The translations under genes were made by a program, and so were the position numbers. DNA of 24,191 nt, taken from positions 1 to 24,191 of the forward strand of contig JBAXWY010000044.1 of NCBI GenBank assembly GCA_037128175.1, given 5' to 3'. The notes under the pieces were generated by a model. The model ran no database searches, had not been told where the DNA came from, and was given only the letters and a program-made list of their open reading frames with translations. Source of the stretch: Methanothrix sp. Its GTDB lineage: Archaea > Halobacteriota > Methanosarcinia > Methanotrichales > Methanotrichaceae. Positions 1 to 8,878 of this stretch are shown one piece after another (positions within the stretch are counted from its first letter, which is position 1; each line of letters starts with the position of its first letter).

Positions 1-2
1 CA

Positions 3-184
3 ATCGATCCGGCCAGACGGGAGACCGCGCTAGGCGCTCCGGGCCGAGTTCGAGGTCGATTGGGCAACCTGCTGCCCTTGAGGGAGCGGACCCTGGAAGA
101 CGGACGAGCTGATCGACTGTGGCCGGGCTGTACGCTCTTACGGAAGATGAGATCGGGATTGTGGAAGGAAGCAACCGCAAGTAA
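3..184 (+). pseudogene. Frameshifted C-terminal remnant of a type IIG (Eco57I/TaqI-like) restriction-modification protein
   Basis: Peptide blocks in changing frames: IDPARRE (frame 3), ALRAEFE (frame 1), LLPLRER (frame 3), KTDELID (frame 1), LYALTEDEIGIVEGSNRK* (frame 2, TAA at 182-184). The ending matches the TD.LID..VY.LY.LT.EEI.IVEG terminus I recall for type IIG enzymes. Runs off the left edge. Confidence 0.65.
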
Positions 185-189
185 ATCAT

Positions 190-471
190 TTATTTCTTTT
201 TATAGACCTTATCATGATGGCATAGATCTATAAAAGTCACTTTTTTCTCTATGTCGTTGATTCTAAAGGTCAAAACAAATGATTTCTCAATATGAACTCT
301 TCTTCGTCCCTTTAAATCGTATTTTAATGGCTTATAATGATGCGGATTCTTTGCTATGTCTTCCATCTTCTTGAAAGCAGCTTCGTAGAGTTTTTTGTCT
401 TTTTTATGGGCCTTTTCCAAAAGAGATATCAGCCCTTCTTCTAAACGGTAAACGTAAGATGACACATTCAA
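190..471 (-). CDS. Type II TA toxin, RelE/ParE/YafQ superfamily
   Basis: 93 aa, basic; NPHHYKPLKYDLKGRRRVHI..SFVLTFRI and C-terminal HHDKVY; start overlaps the upstream antitoxin stop (ATGA). Confidence 0.9.
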   Translation of the reverse strand: MNVSSYVYRLEEGLISLLEKAHKKDKKLYEAAFKKMEDIAKNPHHYKPLKYDLKGRRRVHIEKSFVLTFRINDIEKKVTFIDLCHHDKVYKKK

Positions 472-710
472 TTCTCCTCTTTTTCAATCCGTTTCCTTAA
501 AGAATCGATATCGGAGAATTCTTCAAATTTGCTATTTCCCTCCAGCTCGTCGAGATGGACCAAGTATTCTTCTCGAACTTCCAAGTCAGAATCACTATGC
601 ATATCGGCTAGAGCCTGAATTTGTCCTTCCATCTCCCCCACCCTATTCTTGAGAACCCTGAGGTCGTCCATTATCGAGCTGATTATGCTCATCTCTTCCG
701 CTTCGATCAT
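468..710 (-). CDS. Cognate acidic antitoxin (80 aa, MIEAEEMS...KRIEKEEN)
   Basis: Start trimmed from the 468..914 ORF to the ATG at 710, which follows purine-rich AAGAAGGGG and a TATA-like TTTAAATATAAA at about 738-749; acidic, ends in FSDIDSLRKRIE; coupled to the toxin. Confidence 0.8.
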   Translation of the reverse strand: MIEAEEMSIISSIMDDLRVLKNRVGEMEGQIQALADMHSDSDLEVREEYLVHLDELEGNSKFEEFSDIDSLRKRIEKEEN

Positions 711-799
711 ATCAATGCCCCTTCTTATTCTCGTAACATTTATATTTAAAACTTGCCGGTTCAAAGCGAAAAAGCCTTTGAATTCCACTAATGATGGTC

Positions 800-988
800 G
801 ATTCCGCAACCCCTGCGCCCGCTCGGGTCTGCCAGCAGCTCTACGCCGAAGGCAAGCACGCCGAGATCCTGGCCCAGGTAGAAGCCTGCCCAGAGACGAG
901 GCTGGTAATTTCATCGCAAGCCAGGAACGGTCGGATGTAGTGCACGATTAACCAGGCTTTCCTGGCGGAGAGGATGCTGGAGATGAAC
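800..988 (+). pseudogene. Second remnant of a type IIG R-M protein (segment that normally precedes the C-terminal helix)
   Basis: Blocks across frameshifts: CQQLYAEGKHAEILAQVEAC / LPRDEAGNFIASQERSDVVHD / AFLAERMLEMN; I recall SDVVHDLLAFLAE.M.EMN as a motif of euryarchaeal type IIG enzymes. Confidence 0.55.
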
Positions 989-997
989 CCAGCTAGA

Positions 998-1110
998 AGC
1001 AAATTTGAAAAGCAGCTAGCCAAGGAGAAAACACAAGCCGAGAAATCTCTGGCCAAGCTCAAGCGTCCTTGTTCGCATGTGAGGCAGATGCAAGAAAAGA
1101 GGAGAATTAG
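998..1110 (+). mobile_element. Probable IS1634-family transposase fragment
   Basis: KFEKQLAKEKTQAEKSLAKLKR followed after a frameshift by FACEADARKEE (from 1072); F.C..DA after a Lys/Glu-rich helix is typical of IS1634 transposases. Short, no termini visible. Confidence 0.45.
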
Positions 1111-1194
1111 ATGCACATAACTGATCTTACGCATGCCACAGGGAGGCCCCTCTCATGAGCAGCCTCCACCTGATCGGCTTCGCTGCCGCAATGA

Positions 1195-2799
1195 CTATGC
1201 CTTTCTCGCCCCAAAGACCTTTTTTAATAGGCCGCTTGCCTTTTTCTCCCCGGGTCTTTTTGTTTTAGCTCCCGCAGGAGACGCGGGGGGAGAGCCTGAT
1301 CTTTTTTCCGCGCCCCGAGAAGCACGCGCTCCCGCTGCAGCGGCTTTCTCTTTGATCACGATCTGGGTGCTCACGCCCCCGTGTCTGGATTTCCTGGGCC
1401 GGATATCGACGGTGATGGGCCTTTCGATCTCATTACTAACCAGCATGGCCACGCCCGCCGGCAGCCTCTTGATCTCTTCCTCCAGATCACCGGTCATTCC
1501 CTCCAGCCCTTTGGAGAGCGCCTTGAGGTCATTGGGATTGGTGACCCTCATAATGATCTGAGTGTTGCACTGAGAGATGACGTTCTTGTCCACACGTGCC
1601 GGTCTCTGGCTGATGATCATCAGCCCCAAGCCAAATTTTCGGCCTTCCGCTGCAATGGTGCGCACAATGCTGGTGGAAGCGGCGTTTCCTGTGCCCCGTT
1701 CCGGGATGTAGTTGTGGGCTTCCTCTACCACCACCATTCCCGGCGAGACCAGCCTGCGCTTTCTGGCCTCAAAGACATCTGTCAAAAGCCGAGATACGAT
1801 CATGGCCTGCAGTTCAGGGAGGATGCCGGTCATGTCGATAACTGCGGCCCTGCCCGGTCGCAAAAGCTCCTCTACCGGCGTCTGTGCTCCCGAGAAAAGC
1901 CCCAACTCCAGGAGCGACTCCAGTTGACCAACTAAATTCCACTTTACCTTGGAATTGCTGCGTACTACCTGTTCGATGACGTCCTCCAGGGTATAGGCAT
2001 CCGTCTCCGCCCGCAGGGCACTGATGGCCTCGTAGAGCAATCCCAGCTGGCCGCTGCTGCTGCTCTCGTGGGGAATCATCTTTGCCACCTCTCGGGCAGA
2101 CATGTTCATTCCGTTAAAGCGAAAAGGCCGGTCGGCTCTCGGGTTCATGGCCATATCTCCCGGTGTGTAGATGGTGGCATCATAACCGCGCGGCTTGACC
2201 TTATATTTGGAAAAGTCCCCCACTTTGTTGGGCTCCTTCATGGAGGCGTACTCGCCATGGGGATCGATGATGAGCAGAGCCACTTTTCTTTCCAGCAGCT
2301 CTTCCAAAATCACAGCAGCCGTATAGGATTTTCCTGAACCGGTCTTGGCGAGGACGCTGCAGTGCTTTTGTACCAGGGTATTGGCGTCCAGCTCCACCCG
2401 GATATCATAGCCCCGCAGCATGCCGATGTACATATCACCCTTGGCCAGGCCGAGAGTTGCCTTGATCAGTTTTTCGTCGGCTATGAAGACCGGATCTCCC
2501 GGCCGGGCAGGACTGGTGGGAAGATGCAGCTTGCCATTGCTTGTCACTCCGATAACCCTGGCCTCGGCTATCATCATCTCTCTAGAATCATAATTTCGGG
2601 CGGCATCATTGAGCTGGTTTACGCTGTAAGCGGAGTTGGACCGTTTGATGTCCTCCACCTGGGCCAGTGCCCATTCCCTCCCGTCGGCTTTGGCCTTGAT
2701 GTAAGTGCCTCTGCCTACCTCTTTGTTTATAATAAACTTAAATGCCAGTGGATTGGTCTCGCCAACAATTGTACCGACCGACCCCTTTGCTATTGACAT
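1195..2799 (-). CDS. HerA-like ATPase (HAS barrel + DUF87/FtsK-HerA ATPase)
   Basis: N-terminal VGTIVG HAS-barrel pattern, Walker A AKTGSGKS, IIDPHGEY, Walker B VVVEEAH, EGRKFGLG, SQRP; GGTGA RBS upstream of ATG 2799. Confidence 0.9.
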   Translation of the reverse strand: MSIAKGSVGTIVGETNPLAFKFIINKEVGRGTYIKAKADGREWALAQVEDIKRSNSAYSVNQLNDAARNYDSREMMIAEARVIGVTSNGKLHLPTSPARPGDPVFIADEKLIKATLGLAKGDMYIGMLRGYDIRVELDANTLVQKHCSVLAKTGSGKSYTAAVILEELLERKVALLIIDPHGEYASMKEPNKVGDFSKYKVKPRGYDATIYTPGDMAMNPRADRPFRFNGMNMSAREVAKMIPHESSSSGQLGLLYEAISALRAETDAYTLEDVIEQVVRSNSKVKWNLVGQLESLLELGLFSGAQTPVEELLRPGRAAVIDMTGILPELQAMIVSRLLTDVFEARKRRLVSPGMVVVEEAHNYIPERGTGNAASTSIVRTIAAEGRKFGLGLMIISQRPARVDKNVISQCNTQIIMRVTNPNDLKALSKGLEGMTGDLEEEIKRLPAGVAMLVSNEIERPITVDIRPRKSRHGGVSTQIVIKEKAAAAGARASRGAEKRSGSPPASPAGAKTKRPGEKKASGLLKKVFGARKA

Positions 2800-3158
2800 C
2801 AACGTCTATCACCGCTAAAGCGTGCCACAAGATCAGTTTTATTTTTCTTTAAATGAATACGAAGTATTGGTGCTTTTTTTCTGGCTATTATTTTGCATCG
2901 CCTTCTTGCTACATTCCCTTTTTTCAATACGTATCTTGAAGTATAAAAAGATTGGTCCAAATGCAAGATGGCCCATTGTAAAGGATATTAATTTAATATA
3001 ATCGTGCACTGAGCTATAAAGCCGCAACTCTTTGCCTTATTATGCTCAACAATTAATTATGCATATTTACTTTTTGTAGTAAAATTGGGGTGATTTGTCA
3101 GGCCTGAGCGAACATTTTAAAAAATAATATTAATTATACGATAGAACAACAGCTGATA

Positions 3159-3821
3159 TTAATATTTTGACGCCCTCATCATCGCCTGCCCGTAAACCAG
3201 TCCAACTAACAGCCCCACGATATGGGCCATATGGGCGATGTTGTCTGCCGAACCTAAGGTCAGGAAATCAATCAGGGCGAATAGCACAACGGCACCACGA
3301 ATGCTCACCGGTATCACGAAGAAGAGCAGTATGCGAATCTCAGGAGCAATCATTGCAAGACAGCCCATCACACCAAATAGAGCTCCGCTCGCTCCCACCA
3401 TGGAGCCGCTAGATATCATCATCTGGCCCAACGCCGCCACTATTCCTGAGAAAATGTAGATCTGCAGGAATTTATTCTCACCCACGCGCCTTTCCAGCTC
3501 CATGCCAAAGAAGAAGAGAAAGAGCATATTCCAGAAGAGGTGGTTGAAGTCGGCATGCACGAACATATGCGTTATGAGCGTCCAGGGCCTTTGCATTACA
3601 TAATCTGGATTTAAAGCCAGGTAGTTGTATACAAAGTTAGGAAAAATGATGCTGATGAAGAATACTACTATGCATGCTAATAATATAAGACCCGAATAGG
3701 TTATGGGCAGCCCGGAAGGTATGTGACTTCTCCAGCCATAGACTGGTTTTTGCGATTCACCCCATTCATCCCGGTATCTGTTGTCCTCCCTTCGAGCGGC
3801 CATGGCCTGAAATGGTTCCAA
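3159..3821 (-). CDS. Rhomboid family intramembrane serine protease
   Basis: PWTLITHMFVHA..HLFWNM, catalytic GASG, AHMAHIVG, multiple TM segments; TTG start with AAGGGAG RBS (ATG 3803 is an alternative). Confidence 0.92.
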   Translation of the reverse strand: MEPFQAMAARREDNRYRDEWGESQKPVYGWRSHIPSGLPITYSGLILLACIVVFFISIIFPNFVYNYLALNPDYVMQRPWTLITHMFVHADFNHLFWNMLFLFFFGMELERRVGENKFLQIYIFSGIVAALGQMMISSGSMVGASGALFGVMGCLAMIAPEIRILLFFVIPVSIRGAVVLFALIDFLTLGSADNIAHMAHIVGLLVGLVYGQAMMRASKY

Positions 3822-3848
3822 TTTAACTCCCTTACAATAATATTATAT

Positions 3849-4343
3849 TTATTCCGGTACATACTGGCCGTTACGAAGAACTATGACATAATCGGCGGAG
3901 TTACGTAGAGCCACTGAGAAGCCGGGCTCCGCTCCGAAGATGATGGTCTCCTTGCCGTGCTCCATAGCTTTCATGAGCACTGGTTTTAAATCGGCATCGC
4001 GGGTGACGAGTGCCAGGGTGTCGATGACGGGATTATAGATCATATCCACACCCTCTACGGCCATTCTCACATCTACGTCGCTGGTGCAGATCACCGGCTC
4101 AAAACCCTGATTTTCCACGGCTTCAACCAGCTTCTCCGAGGCGTACTGATTTAAGAAAACCTTACCCATCTTGATGTCGCCGTAATCCTTGAGGATGTCC
4201 CGGATCTCTTCCAGATCCGTCTGGAACTCCTTTCTGAGCATATTGGGCCCATCTACGAGCAGTCCGATCTTCTTTCTCCCCTTCTCCTTCTTGGAGCCCA
4301 GGTAACTCAAGATATGCTCGAACTGTATTGGCATCCTATTCAT
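3849..4343 (-). CDS. NYN-domain (LabA/DUF88, TIGR00288-like) protein
   Basis: LLVDGPN, DVDVRMAVE, LVTRDAD, LRNSADY motifs of PIN-like NYN nucleases. Confidence 0.88.
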   Translation of the reverse strand: MNRMPIQFEHILSYLGSKKEKGRKKIGLLVDGPNMLRKEFQTDLEEIRDILKDYGDIKMGKVFLNQYASEKLVEAVENQGFEPVICTSDVDVRMAVEGVDMIYNPVIDTLALVTRDADLKPVLMKAMEHGKETIIFGAEPGFSVALRNSADYVIVLRNGQYVPE

Positions 4344-4369
4344 GTTGACCCTTTCTTGGTATGTTTGGA

Positions 4370-5125
4370 TTAGATGTTATAAATTCGTTTGGTATTATCC
4401 GCAGTTATCCGGGCGATTTCTTGCGGCTCTATGCCTCTGATCCTGGCAATGAGCCGAACAGAGTCCGTAACAAACGCGGGTTCATTTCTGCCACTCCGGG
4501 GCGAAAGGAAGGGGCTGTCGGTCTCCACCAGCAGCCGGTCCAGTGATACATTTTTAGCCAGGATCTGGTGTTGTGCGGACCGGCAGAGATTGGTGGCCAG
4601 AGATATATAAAATCCCCTATCAATGGCATCTTTCATAGTCCCGATTGTGCCGCTGTAGCAGTGGAATACGACCTTGTCCAGGTGCTTTACCATTTCCAGA
4701 GCAGGCTGCTCGGCATCGCGGGAATGAATGACCAGAGGCAAATCGAGGGATTTGGCCAGCTCAATGACCCTGCTAAAGACCTTTGCCTGGCGCTCCCTGG
4801 TTGGAGCATCTTTGCAGTGATAGTAGTCCAGCCCCGCCTCACCGATGCCCACGGCCTGGCCAGCATTGTTTTCGATCTGCTTAAAAAGCATATCGAGTTC
4901 CGGCTCTTTTATGCTCTGCAAAGTATTGGGGGAAAGCCCCAGGGTGGCGGATATGAAATCATACTTCTTGGCCAGTTCCAGGGACTTGGCGTTGGTGGAA
5001 TAGTCCACACCCGAGTTGATCATGTGGACCACGCCGGATTTTCGGGCACTGTCCAGTACTGCTTCGCGATCTTTGTTGAACTGCTTGAAATCCAGGTGGC
5101 AATGCGAATCGATTACCCCTTGCAA
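4370..5125 (-). CDS. tatD: TatD family hydrolase/DNase
   Basis: IDSHCHLD, GIGEAGLDY, VIHSR, VFHCYSG, LVETDSPFL, GRNEP. Confidence 0.95.
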   Translation of the reverse strand: MQGVIDSHCHLDFKQFNKDREAVLDSARKSGVVHMINSGVDYSTNAKSLELAKKYDFISATLGLSPNTLQSIKEPELDMLFKQIENNAGQAVGIGEAGLDYYHCKDAPTRERQAKVFSRVIELAKSLDLPLVIHSRDAEQPALEMVKHLDKVVFHCYSGTIGTMKDAIDRGFYISLATNLCRSAQHQILAKNVSLDRLLVETDSPFLSPRSGRNEPAFVTDSVRLIARIRGIEPQEIARITADNTKRIYNI

Positions 5126-5328
5126 AGGAACATTTATCGATGAGATTCCTCCAGAATCATATTTTTAGTCTCGATGGTATTATCTTTTTTGGTGTAGCTC
5201 ATCTTCAGGCGCCTTCGCAAAGTGCTAGAAATCGTCCTGGCGTCGGACGCAGCCATTCGTCCAAGGGATTCTATCGCGAAGAGATATCCCGCATAAGGAA
5301 TATAAGTTTGGAGACCCTGTACTATGTT

Positions 5329-5676
5329 ATGAGCAAAATGGAGATTATCCATAGTCTTATCGAGGATATTCCGGTTCTCTTCGTATCCGGCAAGATAGAT
5401 GCAGTGACTTCCAAGGACCTTGAAACTGCTTTAATTGGACTGATCGATCAAAACAAAAAATTTTTAGTTATTGATATGGAAAAGGTAGAGTTTCTCAGCA
5501 GCTCTGGTCTAAGAGTGCTCATGGCATCCCTGAATAAGCTCAAAAACAAAGACGGCGATCTGTTGCTGGCGGCCTTGCAGCCTTTTGTAAAGGATGTCTT
5601 CTTCATGACAGGAGCCAATCGATTTTTTCCCATTCATGCTAGCCGGGCTGAGGCAATCAAGAGCCTTAAAGCGTAG
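5329..5676 (+). CDS. STAS-domain anti-sigma-factor-antagonist-like protein (RsbV/SpoIIAA type)
   Basis: SGKIDAVT, VIDMEKVEFLSSSGLRVL with the phospho-acceptor Ser; start trimmed to ATG 5329 (or 5338), with TATA-like AATATAAG at about 5299-5306. Confidence 0.9.
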   Translation: MSKMEIIHSLIEDIPVLFVSGKIDAVTSKDLETALIGLIDQNKKFLVIDMEKVEFLSSSGLRVLMASLNKLKNKDGDLLLAALQPFVKDVFFMTGANRFFPIHASRAEAIKSLKA

Positions 5677-5690
5677 AGCTGATAATCCCC

Positions 5691-7097
5691 ATGTTAGGTA
5701 CACTCATCAGCAATTCCCTGGTACTGCTCCAGGCAGTAAGCGTTATCGTAGTTGCGGCCCTTTTGATCTCACGCAGCCGATATTTCGCAGAGGTTATGGA
5801 TGGGCGAGCAACATGGAAAAATCAGTTGATTCTCGTTCTCTTCTTCGGGATGGTCTCAATTTACGGCTCAGTTATCGGAATCAATGTATTTGGCGCCATC
5901 ATCAACGTTCGCGATCTGGGCCCTCTTGTAGGAGGTCTCGCTTGCGGGCCTGTGGTGGGGCTGGGCGCTGGACTTATCGGCGCGGCTTTTCGCTTTTCGG
6001 AAGGGGGCTTCACAGCTCTAGCCTGCAGTATAGTGGTAACTCTGGCAGGCCTTTTGGGCGGCATCGTCTACCTTCGCAAGTCCAGGTTTCCAGGTGTTGT
6101 CTTCTCCGTCATATTTGCCGTTCTCTTCGAGCTCTTGCATATGGCGCTAACGCTGGCCATCTCCCGGCCCTTTGATCTTGCCAGGGATGTGGTAGCACAG
6201 GCAATTGGACCCATGGTCCTGGCCAACGGAGCCGGCATGCTCATATTCGCTTTTATCATAGCCAATGTCATCACACACAGAGAGACAAAGAGGGAACGGG
6301 ACAGCTACCAGCTAGAGCTGCAGATAAAGCAGGCGGAAATGGTGGTCGCCGCTGATATCCAGAAGAGTTTTCTTCCCAAGAATATTCCTTCACTGGAAGG
6401 ATTTGATATCGCGGCAACTACCATTCCCGCCAGGGAGGTGGGTGGGGACTTTTACGACTTCACCGAGCAGGACGGCAATCTGCAGTTTGTGATCGCAGAC
6501 GTGTCCGGAAAAGGTGTTCCGGCTGCATTGTTCATGGCCCTCTCCCGAATCATTGTGCGAGCGTGCGCTGCTCCTCAGAGGAGGGCGTCCGAGCGGCTCA
6601 GATGTGCCAACAAAATGATCGTGGATGATTCCGGTTCTGCAACTTCGGGCATGTTCGTTACTCTGTTTTTTGCCACGCTGAACCGGAAGGATAGAAGCCT
6701 GGTTTACGCCAATGCCGGCCATAATCCTCCTCTGCTCTTCCGGGCCGCTTCGAGCAGCATAATGGCGATGGATGTGACAGGCGTGGCTCTGGGAATGATG
6801 GCTGATATGGAATACGAGCAACGGCAGATATCCCTTGAATCCGACGATATCTTGCTCTTGTACACTGATGGCATTGTGGAGGCCATGAACGGCAAGGAGG
6901 AATTCTTCGGCGAGAAAAGGCTCAGATCTTCTCTGGCCTCAGCCACAGAGCTCTCTGCCCAGGGGACACTTGATAGCATTTTGCGTGATCTGAGGCAGTT
7001 TACTGTTGGTGCGGAGCAGTCGGACGACATAACCGCCATAGTGTTCAAGGTGGGGGACGATCCGGCGGCAGAAACCAATAAAACTATATTTGAGTAA
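5691..7097 (+). CDS. Membrane sensor phosphatase: 5TM LytS/YhcK-type domain + SpoIIE/RsbU PP2C domain
   Basis: N-terminal TM region with NVRDLGP..GGL..GP..GLGAGLIG..FR; C-terminal IQKSFLP, VGGDFYD, IADVSGKGVPAALFM, NAGH, LYTDG, DDIT. Confidence 0.92.
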   Translation: MLGTLISNSLVLLQAVSVIVVAALLISRSRYFAEVMDGRATWKNQLILVLFFGMVSIYGSVIGINVFGAIINVRDLGPLVGGLACGPVVGLGAGLIGAAFRFSEGGFTALACSIVVTLAGLLGGIVYLRKSRFPGVVFSVIFAVLFELLHMALTLAISRPFDLARDVVAQAIGPMVLANGAGMLIFAFIIANVITHRETKRERDSYQLELQIKQAEMVVAADIQKSFLPKNIPSLEGFDIAATTIPAREVGGDFYDFTEQDGNLQFVIADVSGKGVPAALFMALSRIIVRACAAPQRRASERLRCANKMIVDDSGSATSGMFVTLFFATLNRKDRSLVYANAGHNPPLLFRAASSSIMAMDVTGVALGMMADMEYEQRQISLESDDILLLYTDGIVEAMNGKEEFFGEKRLRSSLASATELSAQGTLDSILRDLRQFTVGAEQSDDITAIVFKVGDDPAAETNKTIFE

Positions 7098-7122
7098 GGA
7101 AATTCCTGAATGAGAATCCAAA

Positions 7123-8832
7123 ATGCCCAGAAAACCCACCAACCTGATCTACGGAGTTGACGATGAGCCACCTCTTGCGACTACGCTACTCTTGGGGTTT
7201 CAGCACATTTTCATCTTATCCATTGCCTTCATCTTTCCGGTGGTGATAGTAACTGAAATCGGTGCCTCCCCTGAGGATGCGCAAAACCTCATCTGCATGG
7301 CCATGCTGGCCACAGGTTTCTCCACGGCTTTGCAGGCTTTGAAAAAAGGGCCGGTCGGTTCCGGCTACCTCTGCCCTCTGTTGAACGGCCCGGCCTTTGT
7401 GCCGGCATCGCTAATAGCTGGCAAGGCAGGGGGTCTCGCTCTCATCTTCGGAATGACGGTCGTTGCCGGCATCTTCGAGGCGCTGTTCTCACAGGTGGTA
7501 GGCAGGATGCGCAAGTTCTTCCCGCCGGAGGTGACAGGAACAGTGGTGCTCATGGTGGGGGTGGAGGTGATACCCATCGCCGTTCCCAAGTTCTTTGGGG
7601 TGGACAGTACACATCCTGGGTTTGCAGCACTGCCTTTTCTGGTGGCATTGATCACTCTGGCTGTCACGGCTGGATTCAATGTCTGGGGGAAGGGCAAGAT
7701 GCGGCTCTACTCTCTCTTAATCGGCATGGTGGCGGGCTATGCGCTCTCCTTTGCCACAGGCATATTGACCTTAGACAAGGCCAGGCTGATAATCGACTCT
7801 GCCTTTTTCCGGCTTCCCGAGATGGGCAAATTCGGAATGTCGTTTAGCACAGTCATGCTCGTGCCCTTTGTTGTGGCAGCCTTCTCCTCGGCGCTCAAGA
7901 CCATGGGCGATCTCACCACCTGCCAGAAGATCAACGACGCCGATTGGAAGAGAATCGAGATGCGGTCCATAAGCCGCGGCATGCTGGCCTGCGCGGCAGG
8001 AAACATAACCTCCGGGCTCTTGGGGGCCCTGGGTCAGTCGGTATCTTCGAGCAATATCGGCCTGTCCATCGCGACAGGGGCTACGAGCCGGCGCATCGGA
8101 TATGCGGCAGGAGGCATTCTCATGCTGCTGGCCTTCTTTCCCAAATTGGCCGCCATCTTCGTGATCATGCCCACGCCGGTAATGGGCGCGTCTCTGATTT
8201 TTACGGTTTGCTTCATGATCATGGCTGGAATACAGATCATCATGTCCCGCATGATCGATGCAAGAAAGACCTTCGTGGTGGGGCTCTCCATCATCTTCGG
8301 GCTATCTTTTGATAGCGTACCCGGACTATATGCTAGCGTTGATCCGGTGCTGCGACCTCTGCTGTCGTCGTCTCTGGCACTGGCCACCATCTGCGCCGTG
8401 GTGCTCAATGTCTTCTTCCGCATGGGCATCAGCCAGAAGATGGAGTTTGAGATCGACCCCAGCGTGGATACTTCCGAGAAGATATTTCAGGTCATGGAAA
8501 AACAGGGCGGAACCTGGGGTGCACGACGAGAGGTCATATTCAATGCCATCGCGGCTATAAACGAGCTGCTGGACGCGGCGCCTTTCCTCGATCTGTTGGG
8601 AAAGAAGATCGCCCTGAGCGTTCAGTTCGATGAGTTCAACCTGGATGTTCGAGCCGTCTATGGGGGTAAGCCCTTTGATATTCCTACCACCATGCCCGGC
8701 ATCGACACCATGCATGATGCAGATGCGAGCGCGCTGGCTCTCGCAGCGTTCACCATGAGCAGGTACGTAGATAAGATGAGCTTCTCGACCAAAGACGGCA
8801 AGACCGAGCTGCACATGCACTTTGAGCATTAG
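7123..8832 (+). CDS. NCS2/NAT (xanthine/uracil-type) permease with a C-terminal degenerate RsbW/HATPase-like domain
   Basis: TM1 GFQH, FFPPEVTG, NAT-signature-like SNIGLSIATG, FFPK..A..P..VMG; an extra soluble tail of about 135 aa. Confidence 0.88.
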   Translation: MPRKPTNLIYGVDDEPPLATTLLLGFQHIFILSIAFIFPVVIVTEIGASPEDAQNLICMAMLATGFSTALQALKKGPVGSGYLCPLLNGPAFVPASLIAGKAGGLALIFGMTVVAGIFEALFSQVVGRMRKFFPPEVTGTVVLMVGVEVIPIAVPKFFGVDSTHPGFAALPFLVALITLAVTAGFNVWGKGKMRLYSLLIGMVAGYALSFATGILTLDKARLIIDSAFFRLPEMGKFGMSFSTVMLVPFVVAAFSSALKTMGDLTTCQKINDADWKRIEMRSISRGMLACAAGNITSGLLGALGQSVSSSNIGLSIATGATSRRIGYAAGGILMLLAFFPKLAAIFVIMPTPVMGASLIFTVCFMIMAGIQIIMSRMIDARKTFVVGLSIIFGLSFDSVPGLYASVDPVLRPLLSSSLALATICAVVLNVFFRMGISQKMEFEIDPSVDTSEKIFQVMEKQGGTWGARREVIFNAIAAINELLDAAPFLDLLGKKIALSVQFDEFNLDVRAVYGGKPFDIPTTMPGIDTMHDADASALALAAFTMSRYVDKMSFSTKDGKTELHMHFEH

Positions 8833-8878
8833 GTGGAAAAATACATGGCCGGATAAAAACGTAAGAAGGCTTGAAAGT

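Noticed and set aside
2839-3027. 62-aa ORF in AT-rich intergenic DNA
   Set aside because: Non-ATG start, no RBS or motif; more likely the herA promoter and rhomboid terminator region.
5140-5328. N-terminal extensions in the ORF track for STAS (also DJ-1 16685-16936, antitoxin 711-914, hicB 20794-20838)
   Set aside because: They overlap promoters or opposite-strand genes, and family similarity begins only at the downstream Met.
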